A stretch of 64,000 nucleotides of DNA from Balanoglossus misakiensis. Lineage: Eukaryota > Animalia > Hemichordata. Location: the NCBI GenBank assembly GCA_040954595.2, contig CM082596.2, forward strand, positions 5,015,849 to 5,079,848, written 5' to 3'. Positions 61,041 to 64,000 of this stretch are shown one piece after another (position 1 is the stretch's first letter; each line of letters opens with the position of its first letter). Both the position numbers and the translations under genes were made by a program. The notes beneath the pieces are model-generated. The model was given only the letters and a program-made list of their open reading frames with translations, searched no databases and was not told the origin of the DNA.

Positions 61041-64000
61041 AAAAATCCATGGGTTATAGCTCAGGAAAATCGTCAAAAATCGAAGATTTTTCGACTTTGC
61101 GAATTTTGAAAATTTGGTCATTTTTTGAAAAAACCATGGGTTATAGCTCAGGAAAATCGTCAAAAATCGAAGATTTTTCGACTTTGCGAATTTGAAAAAT
61201 TTGGTCATTTTTTGAAAAAACCATGGGTTATAGCTCAGGAAAATCGTCAAAAATCGAAGATTTTTCGACTTTGGGAATTTTCAAAATTTGGTCATTTTTT
61301 GAAAAAACCATGGGTTATAGCTCAGGAAAATCGTCAAAAATCGAAGATTTTTCGACTTTGGGAATTTTGAAAATTTGGTCATTTTTTGAAAAAACCATGG
61401 GTTATAGCTCAGGAAAATCGTCAAAAATCGAAGATTTTTCGACTTTGGGAATTTTGAAAATTTGGTCATTTTTTGAAAAAACCATGGGTTATAGCTCAGG
61501 AAAATCGTCAAAAATCGAAGATTTTTCGACTTTGCGAATTTTGAAAATTTGGTCATTTTTGAAAAAACCATGGGTTTATAGCTCAGGAAAATCGTCAAAA
61601 ATCGAAGATTTTTCGACTTTGCGAATTTTGAAAATTTGGTCATTTTTTGAAAAAACCATGGGTTATAGCTCAGGAAAATCGTCAAAAATCGAAGATTTTT
61701 CGACTTTGGGAATTTTGAAAATTTGGTCATTTTTTGAAAAAACCATGGGTTATAGCTCAGGAAAATCGTCAAAAATCGAAGATTTTTCGACTTTGGGAAT
61801 TTTGAAAATTTGGTCATTTTTTGAAAAAACCATGGGTTATAGCTCAGGAAAATCGTCAAAAATCGAAGATTTTTCGACTTTGGGAATTTTGAAAATTTGG
61901 TCATTTTTTGAAAAAACCATGGGTTATATCTCAGGAAAATCGTCAAAAATCGAAGATTTTTCGACTTTGCGAATTTTGAAAATTTGGTCATTTTTGAAAA
62001 AACCATGGGTTATAGCTCAGGAAAATCGTCAAAAATCGAAGATTTTTCGACTTTGGGAATTTTGAAAATTTGGTCATTTTTTGAAAAAACCATGGGTTAT
62101 AGCTCAGGAAAATCGTCAAAAATCGAAGATTTTTCGACTTTGGGAATTTTGAAAATTTGGTCATTTTTTGAAAAAACCATGGGTTATAGCTCAGGAAAAT
62201 CGTCAAAAATCGAAGATTTTTCGACTTTGGGAATTTTGAAAATTTGGTCATTTTTTGAAAAAACCATGGGTTATAGCTCAGGAAAATCGTCAAAAATCGA
62301 AGATTTTTCGACTTTGGGAATTTTGAAAATTTGGTCATTTTTTGAAAAAACCATGGGTTATAGCTCAGGAAAATCGTCAAAAATCGAAGATTTTTCGACT
62401 TTGGGAATTTTGAAAATTTGGTCATTTTTTGAAAAAACCATGGGTTATAGCTCAGGAAAATCGTCAAAAATCGAAGATTTTTCGACTTTGGGAATTTTGA
62501 AAATTTGGTCATTTTTTGAAAAAACCATGGGTTATAGCTCAGGAAAATCGTCAAAAATCGAAGATTTTTCGACTTTGCGAATTTTGAAAATTTGGTCATT
62601 TTTTGAAAAACCATGGGTTATAGCTCAGGAAAATCGTCAAAAATCGAAGATTTTTCGACTTTGCGAATTTTGAAAATTTGGTCATTTTTTGAAAAAACCA
62701 TGGGTTATAGCTCAGGAAAATCGTCAAAAATCGAAGATTTTTCGACTTTGCGAATTTTGAAAATTTGGTCATTTTTTGAAAAAACCATGGGTTATAGCTC
62801 AGGAAAATCGTCAAAAATCGAAGATTTTTCGACTTTGCGAATTTTGAAAATTTGGTCATTTTTTGAAAAAACCATGGGTTATAGCTCAGGAAAATCGTCA
62901 AAAATCGAAGATTTTTCGACTTTGCGAATTTTGAAAATTTGGTCATTTTTTGAAAAAACCATGGGTTATAGCTCAGGAAAATCGTCAAAAATCGAAGATT
63001 TTTCGACTTTGCGAATTTTGAAAATTTGGTCATTTTTTGAAAAAACCATGGGTTATAGCTCAGGAAAATCGTCAAAAATCGAAGATTTTTCGACTTTGCG
63101 AATTTTGAAAATTTGGTCATTTTTTGAAAAAACCATGGGTTATAGCTCAGGAAAATCGTCAAAAATCGAAGATTTTTCGACTTTGCGAATTTTGAAAATT
63201 TGGTCATTTTTTGAAAAAACCATGGGTTATAGCTCAGGAAAATCGTCAAAAATCGAAGATTTTTCGACTTTGCGAATTTTGAAAATTTGGTCATTTTTTG
63301 AAAAAACCATGGGTTATAGCTCAGGAAAATCGTCAAAAATCGAAGATTTTTCGACTTTGCGAATTTTGAAAATTTGGTCATTTTTTGAAAAAACCATGGG
63401 TTATAGCTCAGGAAAATCGTCAAAAATCGAAGATTTTTCGACTTTGCGAATTTTGAAAATTTGGTCATTTTTTGAAAAAACCATGGGTTATAGCTCAGGA
63501 AAATCGTCAAAAATCGAAGATTTTTCGACTTTGCGAATTTTGAAAATTTGGTCATTTTTGAAAAAACCATGGGTTATAGCTCAGGAAAATCGTCAAAATC
63601 GAAGATTTTTCGACTTTGCGAATTTTGAAAATTTGGTCATTTTTTGAAAAAACCATGGGTTATAGCGCAGGAAAATCGTCAAAAATCGAAGATTTTTCGA
63701 CTTTGCGGAATTTTGAAAATTTGGTCATTTTTTGAAAAAACCATGGGTTATAGCTCAGGAAAATCGTCAAAAATCGAAGATTTTTCGACTTTGCGAATTT
63801 TGAAAATTGGTCATTTTTTGAAAAAACCATGGGTTATAGCGCAGGAAAATCGTCAAAAATCGAAGATTTTTCGACTTTGGGAATTTTGAAAATTTGGACT
63901 CTCACGAGCTGTTAACTTTTTTGAAAAACCATGGGTTATAGCGCAGGAAAATCGTCAAAAATCGAAGATTTTTCGACTTTGGGGAATTTTGAAAATTTGG
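61041..64000 (-). repeat. Satellite array, inverted arm (87-bp B subfamily only), runs off the window end
   Basis: Units read ccatgggttatagctcaggaaaatcgtcaaaaatcgaagatttttcgacttt..., the reverse complement of B. About 34 units. Confidence 0.97.

Noticed and set aside
50500-63889. Long ORFs (200-346 aa) on both strands with 29-aa repeats
   Set aside because: They are by-products of the 87-bp (multiple of 3) satellite unit lacking stops in some frames. They break at every homopolymer indel and at A blocks.
49713-64000. CRISPR-like array
   Set aside because: Units are head-to-tail near-identical with no unique spacers, there are no cas genes, and the context is eukaryotic.
49713-64000. CENP-B box in the satellite (TTCG-containing motifs)
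   Set aside because: Neither attcgcgaagtcgaaaa nor cttcgatttttgacgat fits NTTCGNNNNANNCGGGN.

Overview
This is eukaryotic DNA, not prokaryotic: AT-rich introns, GT-AG splicing and microsatellites. The gene content suggests an invertebrate deuterostome, plausibly an echinoderm or hemichordate (inference). Three main things are present. (1) A spliced + strand TRAK/Milton (kinesin-mitochondria adaptor) gene with 15 reconstructable coding exons between about 7.0 and 47.5 kb, about 833 aa. No in-frame AUG is visible for its conserved N-terminus, it has three candidate alternative first exons, and it needs a 43-nt poly-Arg microexon to keep frame. (2) A complete 4-exon, about 2445-aa iterative type I polyketide synthase (KS-AT-DH-cMT-like-ER-KR-ACP, no TE) resembling sea-urchin Pks1. 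It is nested antisense inside the 31-kb TRAK intron (17771-25830) and has altered cMT and KR motifs. (3) A satellite array of more than 14 kb (49713 to the window end) made of 88-bp and 87-bp subfamilies in alternating blocks, with higher-order duplication and an abrupt strand inversion at about 61040. A small MITE and several microsatellites are also present. All gene models were read by eye; homology calls rest on recalled family motifs, not database searches.
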